A DNA stretch of 62,931 bases, filler included, from Octopus bimaculoides (GCF_001194135.2; 5 parts of 5 records of this genome joined end to end with filler, not necessarily neighbours in it), one strand, 5' to 3'. Shown: positions 25,117-38,200, numbered from the whole stretch's first letter. The notes: a model not told the origin generated them from the letters alone. A program made the numbers and translations.

Positions 25117-25134
25117 ATATATATATATATAAAC

Positions 25135-25165
<31 letters not shown>

Positions 25166-25166
25166 T

Positions 25167-25199
<33 letters not shown>

Positions 25200-25379
25200 A
25201 AGATAGATATAGATATAGATATAGACAGATAGGTAGGTAGGTAGGTAGGTAGGTAGGTAGGTAGATAGGTAGGTAGGTAGGTCGGTAGGTAAGTAGGTTG
25301 GTAAGTGGGTAGGTAGATATATCTGCATGTATGTATGTATGTATGTATGGATGTATGTATTATGTATGTATGTATGTAT

Positions 25380-25413
<34 letters not shown>

Positions 25414-25415
25414 GA
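25060..25415. repeat. Compound microsatellite (TA)n-(GATA)n-(GGTA)n-(TATG)n-(GATA)n
   Basis: Read directly. Confidence 0.92.
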
Positions 25416-26184
25416 AAAAAAAGGCTGCTTTAAATAATTTCTATTCTTCAACCATTTGAATGCTAAATTGATTGTATTGTTGTGCATATTTGAACCGAAC
25501 ATGACTTAAATGTCAATCTTCTGTTGCACAATGTTTGCAACAGAGAAATGTAATTCATTAAAAAAAAACAAAAAATCCCAATAACAATGCTTGTTGAACA
25601 AGCAGAATATTAAAAGGGTAAAGGAAATCCGTTATAGTACTTATAATTATGTTGAAGACCTTTGGAGAAAGATGTAAGAAGCCACTAGAAAAAGAGCTGA
25701 TTCGGAAAGAAAACAAGAAATGACTAGTGGTATCGATAACTGCTAACATAGGCGCAGAGCCACAGATCTTGGAAGGTATAGTCAACTGAAAATAGCCCTA
25801 ATATCCTACTGATACTTTATTTGATCGAATGCTGTAAGTGAATTGCGAAGTTGAGCAGGGCGAGGTTTGATTTCAGAGTATAAGGACCGTAACTACATTA
25901 TGCAAGATATTTTACTAGACGATTCTAACGATTATCACAATCTAGCAACCTCATTTCTGATCATCTTTTTAAAATATTTTTCTTGAGCCCTAGGACTCAT
26001 AGGCAGGTTCTTTGGTTTCTATGGAGTATATAAGTGACCGAGATCACAGCATTCCTCAACTGAACGGGACAGCAATTTTTGAAGAGCGGCAAGTCAGGTA
26101 CTTCGAGCTCAGTACCGGACTGTTGATTTATTTTAATGACCCCGGAGGGATGAAAGGCAAAGTTGACCTAAGTGACGTTTAGGT

Positions 26185-26512
26185 GTGTGAAGGCGCGTGA
26201 CTTAGTAGTTAGGGTATTCGGCTCACGGTCGTAACGTCATGAGCTCAATTCCCGGCGACGCGTTGTGTCCTACAGCAAGACACTTTATTTCATATTGCTC
26301 CAGTTCATTAAGTTGGCGAAAATGAGTAGTACCTGCATTTGAAAGGGCCAACCTTTTCACATTCTGTATCACGCTGAATCTCCTTGAGAACTACGTTAAG
26401 GGTATATGCGTCTGTAGAGTGCTCAGCCACTCGCACGTTAATTTCATGAGCAAGCTATTCTGTTGACCAGAGCAACTGAAACCCTCGTCGTCGTAACTGA
26501 CAGAGTGCCAGT
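26185..26512 (+). mobile_element. tRNA-derived SINE family C with CORE-like box
   Basis: GAAGGCGCGTGACTTAGTAGTTAGG (A-box-like), GAGCTCAATTCCC (B-box-like), then GTTGTGTCCTACAGCAAGACACTTTATTTC, which resembles the CORE motif TGTG.CCTTGGGCAAG.CACTT. Confidence 0.7.
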
Positions 26513-27706
26513 ACATTTAGATGTCTAATTGTATACATATTTTCATTAGTCCTGCCTTATAATATAGAGTACTGCCGAGATATTAACAACCCTATGGTAA
26601 TAAGGTTCTGCAGTGTGCAGACTTGATATTTAGCTTGATAGTTAGCTGCTTCTTATATAATTAGAGCACTTCATAATAACTAATTTACATTCATTCTCGG
26701 AGTTGTGCGTATGCATATATTAATTGCATATGTATTATGCTAGAAACTACAAAATTGCTCGGCAAAATTCTTAACCACTCAGTTATGCCTGCAATCATTA
26801 AAGTGTTGATTGTCATTAAGAATTATCATTAAGAAGATAAGTCTACCAATTGAGATAATATATACAACATTAAAACTTTGTCACGAGAATACTATTCATT
26901 CCAGTTGACATGAATGGGTCACCTAGTAAAACTATTTCTAAAGGTTTTCTTTAGAAGAAAATTACACATGAGTGTAAAACAAAATAAGAAGGCACTAACA
27001 ATTCCATGTAAATTCAACACATTTGCCTATATAAATTATCTACATACTCAGCACACCAGCCTACATTTACAGTTAACACAACACTATTGAGATTTGATAC
27101 TCGTTCTATATAGGTAACTGAGTCTACATTAAATATAGAATGGATAAATGGTCCAGTGTTACAACTAAATTAATTCCTTTTGCTGAATCAATTTACTAAT
27201 ATGAACAAGTTATCATGAATATATGATAAGTAATGATTCTCAAGAAATGGAAGCTGATGTGAAGTGTTTATTGCGAATATATGTACGATATTTATATTAG
27301 GTTGAATAGAGATTAGAGAAGAGAAAGGAGACATGGAGGAACAATAACTATTCTAGGAATGGTACAAGCAAGGCAAGACGATGCATAGGTCATTGGTGAA
27401 TTATGATTAAACATTATATGGTGTTAGGGTTACCTTTCAAATGCATGGATCTCTTTTCACAAATATGATAGTGAATGCAGAATTCAGTGGTGAGGAAAAT
27501 TTGTACAGGGTTGAGCAAGCTTCAGAAGTTCAGAAATAGCTGAATATTAAGGTATAACAAGACTTGCATTTCAAACGGATAGGAGAATAATAAAGATGAG
27601 TCGATTAAATATTTTAGAAACGTGCGATATTAAGGTTTTGATATTGAAAGCTATTTACTGGTCGGGGTCTGCTTGAGATAGACTTTATGCCATAGACTAC
27701 TGATTG

Positions 27707-27890
27707 AGAGCTGGCAGAATCATTACCACGCCGAACAAAATAATACTTAGTAGCATTTTGTTCCGGTTGTTTACGTTCTGAGTTCATGTGTGGCCGAGAT
27801 CAACTTTGACTTTCATCCTTTCGAAGTCGGTAAAATAAGTATCAGTTGAGCCCTGGGAACGGTGAAATTGAATTACCCCTCCCCTCGAAA
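27707..27890 (+). mobile_element. SINE family A
   Basis: GAGCTGGCAGAATCATTA head and the CAACTTTGACTTTCATCCTTTCG core. Confidence 0.78.
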
Positions 27891-28049
27891 TTACCACCCT
27901 TTTTCTAAGATTGGGAAAATTATTGGAGTTGCTCTTTACGCAATTTTCTTGATCATTTGTATGTTCTGGCACTAGCATCGTCTTAAATCATAGTCATGTA
28001 ATTAATTTAGGTATCTATAATATTAGCTTTGCAAAATGTAGCAGTAATT

Positions 28050-28620
28050 TAAAATCATTGATACATTATAAACTTTACAGTTCTAGCTTTGTTCATATAT
28101 TACCAACAAATCAAGAAACTCTCTTTATTCTAAGAACTACGCGCTACTTGGCACTAGTTTTGTTCTGCATGTTATTGACTACGTCAGACATCACAGTTTA
28201 ACCTCCATTATAACCTTTTTGCCAAACAACGACGAATTAATCTACTGGAAGACAGACTCCCAATTTGTTGGCATTGTACATGAAAGAACCAATGAATTAC
28301 TTTTCTCTATATTTTTCTTTATTAGATATAGAAATATTTCGAAGTATTTCGTGCTACAGTTCGAAATATTTGTTGCCATTCTCTATGGAACAATAGATCA
28401 CTAGTTTTTAAAGACATTGTTCCACACATGTATTCAGTTGTACAGTAGCATTCGATTCCATTGTTTCTTTGCACAATTTCTCTTGCATACTTCTGTAATG
28501 TCCGAAAATACTCGATTTTTACAATTCACAATTTTGATGTTTTACAATAGCCAATAACAGCACGAACAATATCAAAAGCCTATGTTATAGACAATTATAG
28601 GTAAAAACGATAATCGAAGT
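28050..28620 (-). mobile_element. Possible decayed hAT (Buster/GTF2IRD2-like) transposase remnant
   Basis: Minus-strand pieces SIVP*RM..KYFEIFLYLIKKNIEK...SCT...FLE*REFLDLL loosely follow the catalytic-region pattern. There are many stops and the match is by eye only. Confidence 0.3.
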
Positions 28621-29547
28621 AGGTATATTCAAATATTGTATAGAAACTTATTACTACAAGACTAAGAATATAATTTAAAGGACTTCTGTTGGCTATCAGC
28701 ATCTTTGAAGATTATATGACAATGCTAATTATTACTTGCTTTGCGACTTCCTTTTACCACTTAATCAACTACCACTAACATTCTAATTGCAACATATCCA
28801 CACGCCAGTGAACTTCGTACTTAGACAAATCTTGTAGAATTGAGTATACTTTCAGCAAGCTCATTATAATGGTACTATTTTTAGTATACACACACGCATC
28901 CACAAACAAAAACACAGAAAGCGCACACATAACACACACAAATACAGACGCACATACGCTATTTTGCGTGTGTAAGTGAGTGTTACAAGTGTCCTAGAAT
29001 AGATGTATATTTTTAATGAGCCGTGCTTATGTTTCGGTTTAATTCTTTGTAACCATTTCACTATTTTATTTGTTGATACGTCGTTAAAGACTTTGGGGAA
29101 TGCATGGGTGATATTTCCTTAGATGACAGTCTGGGTTAAACTAAACGCTAGGAAATGTTTTATATTTGTGATAATTTATGTACATAGTTTGAAATACATT
29201 ATTTCGAATGGTCTTCCACTATTTACTGGCTTACCGCTACTAAACGAAGATTCAACAACGGTTGTTTACTAATTAATCAATTTGTCTGAACAAATTGATA
29301 CACACTGACACGCACGCACACGTACGCATGCACAAACACAACACATGTAATTGTATTTTTATATTTGATCTCTGTAGCATAATGTAATATAGTGTCCCCT
29401 GATGATCTGTTCTAGCTAAGCAGCCAATTACACTACGGACTTCCAATGCAGAGGTTCTAAACAACCATAAACAGTGAAATATACGTGAGGGAGAAAATGA
29501 AATAAAATAGTGTTTATCATAATTTCTCATATATCTTTCATCTTATA

Positions 29548-29993
29548 TCTTTTACTTGTTTCAGTCATTTGACTGCGGCCACGATGGGGCGCCACCTTGA
29601 AGGGTTTTAGTCGAACAAATCGCCCCAAGGATTTCATTTTTCAACCTAGTACTTATTCTATCAGACTCTTTTACCGAACACACCAACACTTGTTGTCAAG
29701 CAGTGGTGGGGAACAAGTACAGACACAAAGACACACATACATACATACATACATACATACACACGCACGCACACCACGCACGCACACCACGCACGCACAC
29801 ACACACACACACACACATACACACACACACATATACGATGGGCTTCTTTCAGTTTCTGTCTACCAAAACCACTCACAAGGCTTTGGTCGGCCTGAGGCGA
29901 TAATAGAAGACTCTGGCCCAAGGTATCACGCAGTGAGACTGAACCCGGAACCATGTGGTTGGTAAGCAAGCTACTTACCACACAGCCACGCCT
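29548..29993 (-). mobile_element. Full-length SINE family B
   Basis: The head ends CTTACCACACAGCCACGCCT and the tail reads TTTTACTTGTTTCAGTCATTTGACTGCGGCC, with an internal (CA)/(TACA) array. Confidence 0.88.
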
Positions 29994-30038
29994 ATATATA
30001 TATATATAAATATATATATATATAAATATATATATATA

Positions 30039-30110
<72 letters not shown>

Positions 30111-30493
30111 AAGATAGGTAGAGAAATAGGTAGATAGGTAGGCACACAGACAGCAACAGAGAGGGAGATGGGACGAAAATGGTGGTTACGACTTCAAAAA
30201 AAAGAGATGCCGAACCATCAGAATTATTGGAATAACTACATCCGAGTATGGATTTAGAGTTTACACATTGCCTTTATTGGTATTTTGGTGTTTTGTTCTT
30301 TTAAATATCCTTTTGTTCACAGACAGACATTCACACGTAAAAACACGCACATACAGACACATTCTCCCTCTCTCACACATAACACAGCACAACGCAAACG
30401 CACGCGCACACACACACACACACACATACACACACACACACACACACACGCATGCCGACACACATCGCAAAGAGACTTTCTTTNNNNNNNNNN

Positions 30494-30524
<31 letters not shown>

Positions 30525-30833
30525 GTGCGTGCGTGCGCGTGTATGTATATATATATATATATATATACACACACATGCAGTTTACATATAGGCATACGTA
30601 CATGTATGCAAGTACACACATGCATACATATTTACATACACGTACCTAAATATATCTAAACATCTACATGTATATATAAATGCACGCACATATATGTGTT
30701 TCTGTATGTTAGTGTAAACTATATTGTATTAATATTTATGTGACTATTGCAGAAGAGGAAAACATTATAGCCTAGGAGCGATGATCAGTGACTACTATTA
30801 CTACTCGTAATACTACTAATATTCCCCCCACCG

Positions 30834-30924
<91 letters not shown>

Positions 30925-30925
<1 letters not shown>

Positions 30926-31062
30926 TAATTCGTTTTATTGGCCACAAGGGCTAATATCAATTAAAGACATATAAGGACAAAGACAGGACGAAGGTTACAA
31001 AAGGTTTTGTCCGAAAAGGAAGTAGAACTCCCAAAGGGGGAGGCGCTTCGAAAAAGGAAAGG
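30925..31062 (-). mobile_element. 3' end of a non-LTR retroelement (clade uncertain, possibly L1/Tx1-like) with (TTA)n tail, cut by a gap
   Basis: The reverse complement ends TTAGCCCTTGTGGCCAATAAAACGAATTAA and runs into the TAA array at 30877-30925. No ORF is visible before the gap. Confidence 0.4.
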
Positions 31063-31413
31063 NNNNNNNNNNNNNNNNNNNNNNNNNNNNNNNNNNNNNN
31101 NNNNNNTTAATTAATTAANNNNNNNNNNNNNNNNNNNNNNNNNNNNNNNNNNNNNNNNNNNNAGAAATACGACAACTTTAACATGGAATAATTTAGGGAT
31201 TTCTTTTTTTTTTAAGAAGACTAAGAGAAAAAGATGTTTTATATGACACATTCTACCAGTGTTCCAAGTTTCAAAGTGTTTTGTTAATGAAAAATGTGGC
31301 CCCCGTTTTAAAAAAGATCCGTATTTGCTTGAAAAAACATACTTTTCTTTATATTAAGCAATTCATCATAATTACTTTTACGATGTGCCTAAATAAAAAC
31401 CATTGTTATAGAT

Positions 31414-31500
31414 CAGCATTTCTCAACCTTTTTCGCGATTTGGCTTCCCTTGGACATTGAAAAAATTCATTTCGGCTCCCCTGTGTTGATGAAAAATTTA
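31414..31500 (+). mobile_element. Possible hAT/Charlie-type terminus
   Basis: CAGCATTTCTCAACCTTTTT resembles the CAGTGTTTCTCAACCT terminal motif. No matching opposite end was found. Confidence 0.35.
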
Positions 31501-31564
31501 ATCCAGCTTCCCATGTATCTGAGATAGACCAGCTGGCCGATGACAAATCTGACAAAAGGGGGGA

Positions 31565-32227
31565 CCCGCAGAACTACCAGCTCACAAACTGCATCTGAAA
31601 GTTGGCGCGCCAATCATGCTGCTAAGGAATTAAGATGCTCCAATAATGTGCAATGGTACGTGGATGATTTTCAAAAAATTGTGCTCCCGAGTTCTGTAGG
31701 CAACAATCTTGAATGAACCAGCCGCTGGCTAAGACATACTTATAATTCCCATGTCCCTTACCCACTCTGATACAACCGACATGTTTAAACAAATGCAACT
31801 TCCCATCAAACTCTGCTTTCCCATGAAAATCAACAAGGCGCAGGGACAATCAGTGCAAGCAGTTGGTTTGAATCTGAAAGAGCAAGTATTCTCACACGCA
31901 CAACTGTACGTTGGCTGTCCCCATGGTCTTTCTATTTGTGCATCCGAGGGAAGGACGAAAAATGTTGTCTACCAAGAGGTACTCCAATGATAACAACGGC
32001 AACTTCAACTGCTCCAATTTCAACTCCGCAAATTTTTCATCGTCCTGCCAGCCCACATAAGTCCAGTCTTACTTTGCTCTCCTTACTAACTCACCATGAC
32101 GTTCTTTTTTTTCTACCAAGATCCTTCGCCCAAACATCACTTCATATCCACTTCTTCCTCTTTTTTATATCTTCGTTTCTCTCTTCGCGTCGTTCTCTGA
32201 CTGGGTGAAACCGGGCTTAGCTGCAAG
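31565..32227 (+). mobile_element. Helitron 3' end: PIF1-family helicase C-terminus plus terminal structure
   Basis: LPAHKLHLKVGAPIMLLRN*..MCNGT...QLPIKLCFPMKINKAQGQS...VFSHAQLYVG...TKNVVYQEVL with in-frame stops. The GC-rich motif GGGTGAAACCGGG and CAAG|T (decayed CTAG) lie at 32203-32228. Confidence 0.88.
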
Positions 32228-32239
32228 TATTAATATATA

Positions 32240-34186
32240 TTTGCAAACTACCTTCTATGACACCCTCTTGCAAACTACCTCATTGACGAATGACAGGGAC
32301 CTTCTCTTTGTGGCTGGTGATTTCAATGGTCATGTTGGATGACATGCAGGAGGCTTCCATGGCGTACATGTAGGCTATGGCTTCGGCTCCCACAATGAGG
32401 AGGGAACCAGGCTGCTGGAGTTCTGTGATGCAAATGACCTTATGGTCTGCAATACTAACTTCAGGAAGCCTGCCAGTCACCTAGTCACCTACAGTTCTGG
32501 CAGACACACTAGCCAAATTGACTACATCGTCGCCAGGAAAAGAGAAAGATGGCTGCTTATAAATGCCAAAACCTTCCCAGGCGAAGAATGTGCCCCCAAC
32601 ATAGAGTAGTAGTGAGTGACTTCAGGATCAGGGCTAAGTGGTTGCCCAGAAGACGACCAGCTTGGAGGAGAAAGGTCTGGAAGCTCAAAGATCCTGCGAA
32701 TGGACAGAGATTTAGAGACTTACTACTCGAAGCCTTTGACGAAATAGAGGGGGGTGTAGATTCACACAATGTAGAAGACAACTGGATGTTTCTACAGGAC
32801 AACCTGCTGAGGGCCACTGACCAGATTTGTGGATGGTGCAAAGTCCCCTCTCGACCAAAAATAACGTGGTGGCGGAACAATATTGTTGAAAGGGTAATTA
32901 AGGAAAAGAAACAGGCCTGGAAGAACGGTGGTAGCAGGGAATTGTATCAGACTGCCAGAAGGGAAGCTAAGCGACAGGTTTATTTAGCCAGAGGGGAAGC
33001 AGACAAGGAAAAGTTTGCCAATGTTCTGTGCCGTGAGGACCAAAGACCTGAGGTATTTCGTGTTGCAAGACAGTGTGTGAGAGAGAATCATGATGTCGTG
33101 GGAGAGAAATGTGTTCGCATGGATGATGGTACGCTTGCACTAAACGAGGCTGCAAAGAAAGAGGTTTGGAGATGAAAGATTGCTCAATAAAGAGAATGAA
33201 TAGGAGAAAGAGAGTCTGCCAAATGTCGACCTAACTGAGGGACCAGCTATCCGAGTTGACAGTACCATGGTAGATAAAGCAATTAAGAGTATGAAGACAG
33301 GGAAGGCCCCCGGCCCATCAGGAATCACTGCAGAGATGCTCAAAATATCTGTCAGTGTCGGCTATNNNNNNNNNNNNNNNNNNNNNNNNNNNNNNNNNNN
33401 NNNNNNNNNNNNNNNNNNNNNNNNNNNNNNNNNNNNNNNNNNNNNNNNNNNNNNNNNNNNNNNNNNNNNNNNNNNNNNNNNNNNNNNNNNNNNNNNNNNN
33501 NNNNNNNNNNNNNNNNNNNNNNNNNNNNNNNNNNNNNNNNNNNNNNNNNNNNNNNNNNNNNNNNNNNNNNNNNNNNNNNNNNNNNNNNNNNNNNNNNNNN
33601 NNNNNNNNNNNNNNNNNNNNNNNNNNNNNNNNNNNNNNNNNNNNNNNNNNNNNNNNNNNNNNNNNNNNNNNNNNNNNNNNNNNNNNNNNNNNNNNNNNNN
33701 NNNNNNNNNNNNNNNNNNNNNNNNNNNNNNNNNNNNNNNNNNNNNNNNNNNNNNNNNNNNNNNNNNNNNNNNNNNNNNNNNNNNNNNNNNNNNNNNNNNN
33801 NNNNNNNNNNNNNNNNNNNNNNNNNNNNNNNNNNNNNNNNNNNNNNNNNNNNNNNNNNNNNNCCTTATCTGGTAGTCAATGAGGAAACTAGGGATAGAAG
33901 AATGGTTAGTGAGAGCTGTGCGAGCCATGTACAGAGACGCTGTCAGTAAGGTGAGGGTTGGCAATGAGTACAGTGAAGAATTCCAGGTAGAGGTAGGGGT
34001 CCACCAAGGTTCTGTCCTCAGCCCCCTCCTATTTATCATAGTCCTCCAGGCTATAACAGAGGAATTCAAGACAGGATGCCCCTGGGAGCTCCTCTATGCT
34101 GATGACCTGGCCCTCATAGCAGAATCACTACCAGAACTAGAAAAGAAATTTCGGGTGTGGAAGCAAGGTTTAGAATCAAAAGGCCT
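32240..34186 (+). mobile_element. RTE-type LINE copy 1 (APE C-terminal half + RT), truncated at both ends and gapped
   Basis: GDFNGHVG...N.EGTRLLEFC...NTNF...SQIDY (endonuclease) and VGVHQGSVLSPLLFIIVL...ELLYADDL (RT), with stops and frameshifts. Confidence 0.93.
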
Positions 34187-34209
34187 ACCTACATATATAA
34201 GCATATATA

Positions 34210-34930
34210 CAGGACATCAAAAATGTAGACACCTACATATATATGTATATATACAGGACATCAAAAAAAGGTAGACATAATGAGAAACGAAAACATAAAA
34301 AACAAACTTTTTTTCAAACAAAGAAAAAGAGCAGAGAAACGAGACAGGCAACATAAAGAACATTCCCATTTATCAGTTGCCCCCTGTTTCATCTACTCTG
34401 AGTCTCTATCTATCTTCCTTTCTTTGTTTCTCTCCCACCCTTTCCCTATTCTCCTCCTCTCCCCTTCATCATTCCGTCTCTCTCTCTCACTTTCTTGTTG
34501 ACTCTCTCATCGCTGACACTTGACGAAAGTGATCTATCTTTCTTTCCTCTACTTCCTTCTTAAAGAGAAGATGTGCTTTTACCTGTCTCTTTTCAAAGCT
34601 TGTTCTAGCATTCATAATCTTCATATCGTTTTGGCTTAACAGCCCTCAGCGTTTGTTTTCACTGTCTTGTTCTCACTGTCCTGTTTTTGTTACCACTTTC
34701 ACCCTCCGCAAGAAATCCCAAATTTTATTTAATTTGTTTTGTGGGAAGGACTGTTTTAATGAAGGCGCATCTTGTCCTTACCTTCGAAACATGGAGTAGA
34801 TGAAACAGGGGACAACTGATGAAGGGGAATATTGTTTATGTTGCCTGTCTCATTTCTCTGTTTTTTATCGTTGTTCAAAAAATGTTCATTTTCTATGTTT
34901 TTGTTTTTATGTTTTCATTTCTCATTGCTT
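34210..34930. mobile_element. Long inverted-repeat element of the CTGATGAAGG family
   Basis: 34279-34398 is an imperfect inverted copy of 34794-34926. The same module recurs at about 42000, 55600 and 61660. Confidence 0.7.
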
Positions 34931-35259
34931 CCTCTCTCACTGTCTGAAATCACCCCCCACTCCTCTTACAATGACCATAATACTTATACTCGCAATGGAT
35001 GAACTTGCTTCTTCTCTGTCTGAAATCACCCTAACCCTAACCCTTATACTCATAATGCCGCTAACACCTAAAACACCTAATCCTACCTCTAGTAGGGGCT
35101 ACGATCTTAATCCTAACACACTTGAATGTTTGAATGATGTCAGGTTGGAAGTGAGAACAGATGAAGCATGCCTAAAAAACGAACACAACAACCTCCCTCT
35201 TCTTTTCAGGCACTGAATAACATCTCTCCTCCCCAAGCCTCACCCCCACATTCCTTTCC

Positions 35260-38200
35260 CAGTTTTCAGAGTTGGCACAGTCAATGTAGGCACACTGAAA
35301 GGTAGGTCTAATGAGATTGTAGAGATGCTTAAAAGGAGACGTGTCAATGGATGCTGCATACAAGAGGTAAGATGGAGAGGAGCTTCAGCTAGGGTTCTCA
35401 TAGGTACAAAATCTTCTGGCAAGGTGACATGGATGGAGTGGGGGATGTAGGTGGAAAAATGGGTGGATAAGGTCATAGAGGTCGTTAGGGCACGTGACAT
35501 GACTTTATCTACCCATTTATCCTTGCAGAGAAATGGGTAGATAAAGTCATAGACGTTGTCAGGGTATGTGATAGAGTGCTTAAGCTTAGGCTAGTCCTGC
35601 AGAACAGCATAGCTACAATTATCTCTGCCTACACCCTACAAGCAGGCCTACCAAATGATCAGAAGGACCATTCTTATGATACCCTTCTACAGGCTACCTC
35701 AAAGACGAGTGGCAATGACCTCATCTTTGCGGCTGGAGATTTTAATGGGCATATTAGGCAGCAATCCGGTATCTTCACTGGTGTACACGGGGGCCATGGT
35801 ATTGGTTCCCGAAACAATGAGGGAACTAGGCTACTGGAGTTCTGTGATGCATGTAACCTTTTAATCTGTAACACTAATTTCAGGAAACCAGACAGCCACC
35901 TGATAACCTATCAATCGGGTGACTCTGCTAGCCAGATTGATTTAATCCTCACAAAACAGCGGGACGCAGGATTGCTCTTAAATACTAAGACCCTCCCTGG
36001 TGAAGAATGTACCCACCATCATAGGCTAGTCATTAGTGACTTTGGGCTCGAGGCCAGATGGATACCAAGAAGCAGACCAATCCAAAACAGAAGGATTTGG
36101 AAGCTAAAGAAGCATTCACATGGTCAGAGATTTAGGGACATCCTCATCAAGAAATTTGATGAGAGGGAGGAGGAGCTACAGCCATTGGACATAGAAGGTA
36201 GCTGGAAATTCCTACAGGTCAGCTTGCTGAGTGCTACAGACCAAGTCTGTGGATGGTGCAAAGTCCCTTCTAGACCTAGAGTTACGTGGTGGTGGAATAG
36301 TATAGTAGACAAAGCCATTAGAGCAAAGAAACAGGCCTGGAAAGCCTAGAAGGGTGGGTGTAGCAGGGAACTATACCAGGTAACCAAAAGGGAGGCTGGG
36401 CAGCAGGTGTACATAGCCAAGGGCGAAGCAAAAAAGAAAAAGTTTGCCAATGTCCAGCAATGTGAGGACCAAAGAACTGAAGTATTTTGGTTTGCAAGAC
36501 AGTGTGTAAGAGAAAATTGTGATGTTACAGTAGAGAAATGTGTCTGCATGGATGATGGTGCACTTACTTTTAATGATTCTGAAAAGAAAGAGGCTTGGAG
36601 AAGCCATTATGAAAGACTGCTGAATATGGAGAATGAATGGGAGGAGGAGAGCCTGCCAAATGTTGATCCAGTAGAGGGACCAGCTATCTGAATAGACAGC
36701 TCCCTTGTAGATAAAGCAATTAAAGGTATGAAGCCAGGAAAAGCCCCTGCCCAATCAGGTATCACTGCTGAGATGCTTAAACATCTGGTGGTGTGTGCTA
36801 TGGCCTAGTCATCCACATTGTAAACCAGGTAGTTCATGATGGAGTCATACCCAATGACTAGCGTAGCAGCACCATAATCAACTGCCACAAGGGTAAAGGT
36901 GATGCTTCAGATAGAAATAACTACAGGGGTATCAAACTGCTGGATCAAGTGATGAAGGTCACAGAAAGGGTCATAACCCATCACATTAGGGAGAGAATCT
37001 GCTTAGATGAGATGCAGTTTGGTTTTGTGCCAGGTAGAAGCACCACTGATGCTACATTCCTGGTTCGACAACTGCAGGAAAAATAGCTAGCTAAAGATAA
37101 ACCCCTATACTTAGCTTTTGTGGACTTGGAGAAAGCCTTTGACAGGGTTCCCCGGTCCCTTATCTGGTGGGCGATGCGGAAACTGGTGATTGACAAATGG
37201 TTAATAAGGGCTGTACAGGCCCTATACAGAGAGGCTGTTATAAGGTTAGGATTGGCAATGAGTATAGTGAAGAATTCTGACTAGAAGTAGGGGACCACCA
37301 AGGTTCAGTCCTCAGTCCCCTTTCATTCATCATAGTCCTCTAGGGAATAACAGAGGAATTCAAGACGGGATGCCCCTGGGAGCTCCTCTATGCTGATGAC
37401 CTGGCCCTCATAGCAGAATCACTACCAGAACTTGAAAAGAAATTTCGGGTGTGGAAGCAAGGTTTAGAATCAAAAGGCCTTAGAGTCAATGTAACAAAGA
37501 CCAAAGTACTAGTAAGTAGGAAGGCGAACACATCACAAACCCCCTCAGGTAAGTGGCCCTGCTCAATGTGTAGGTAGAAACTCCATAAGATGTACTCAGT
37601 GTAAGCTATGGACACATAAGAGGTGCAGCAACATCAAAGGAAGATTAACCGAGAAGATAGCTTTCGTGTGCAGCAGATGCACAGGGGCAATAAACACCAC
37701 AGATGCTCAGAAAACAGATTCCATCACACTACAAGGGGAGAAACTAGAAGTAGTTGATAGCTTCCACTACCTAGGTGACTGGTGACAAAGGGCCACTCGC
37801 TCAGAGTGAAAGGTAGATTGTGAAAGGCTGCATGTGTGTGAACTGCAATTCTTCACGGCAGTGAAACATGGGCCGTGAACTGCGGAGGACATGCATAGGC
37901 TTGAAAGAAATGAAGCTAGCATCATCCGCTCAATGTGTAATGTCAGTGTGCACACACAACAAAGTGTAAGCGTCCTGAAAGAAATGTTGGACATAAGAAG
38001 CATAGGATGTGGCATGCAAGAGAGATGTTTGCACTGGTATGGTCATATACTATGGATGGATGAGGAGAGCTGTGTGAAGAAGTGCCACTCCCAAACAGTT
38101 GAAGGAATCTGGAGTAGAGGTAGACTCAGGAAGACATGGAATGAGGTGGTGAAGCATGATCTTCGAACATTGGGCCTCACAGAGTCAATGACGAAAGACC

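Noticed and set aside
35028-35043. CCCTAACCCTAACCC telomere-like repeat
   Set aside because: Only about 2.5 units inside a locally duplicated C-rich stretch, not enough for an interstitial telomere call.
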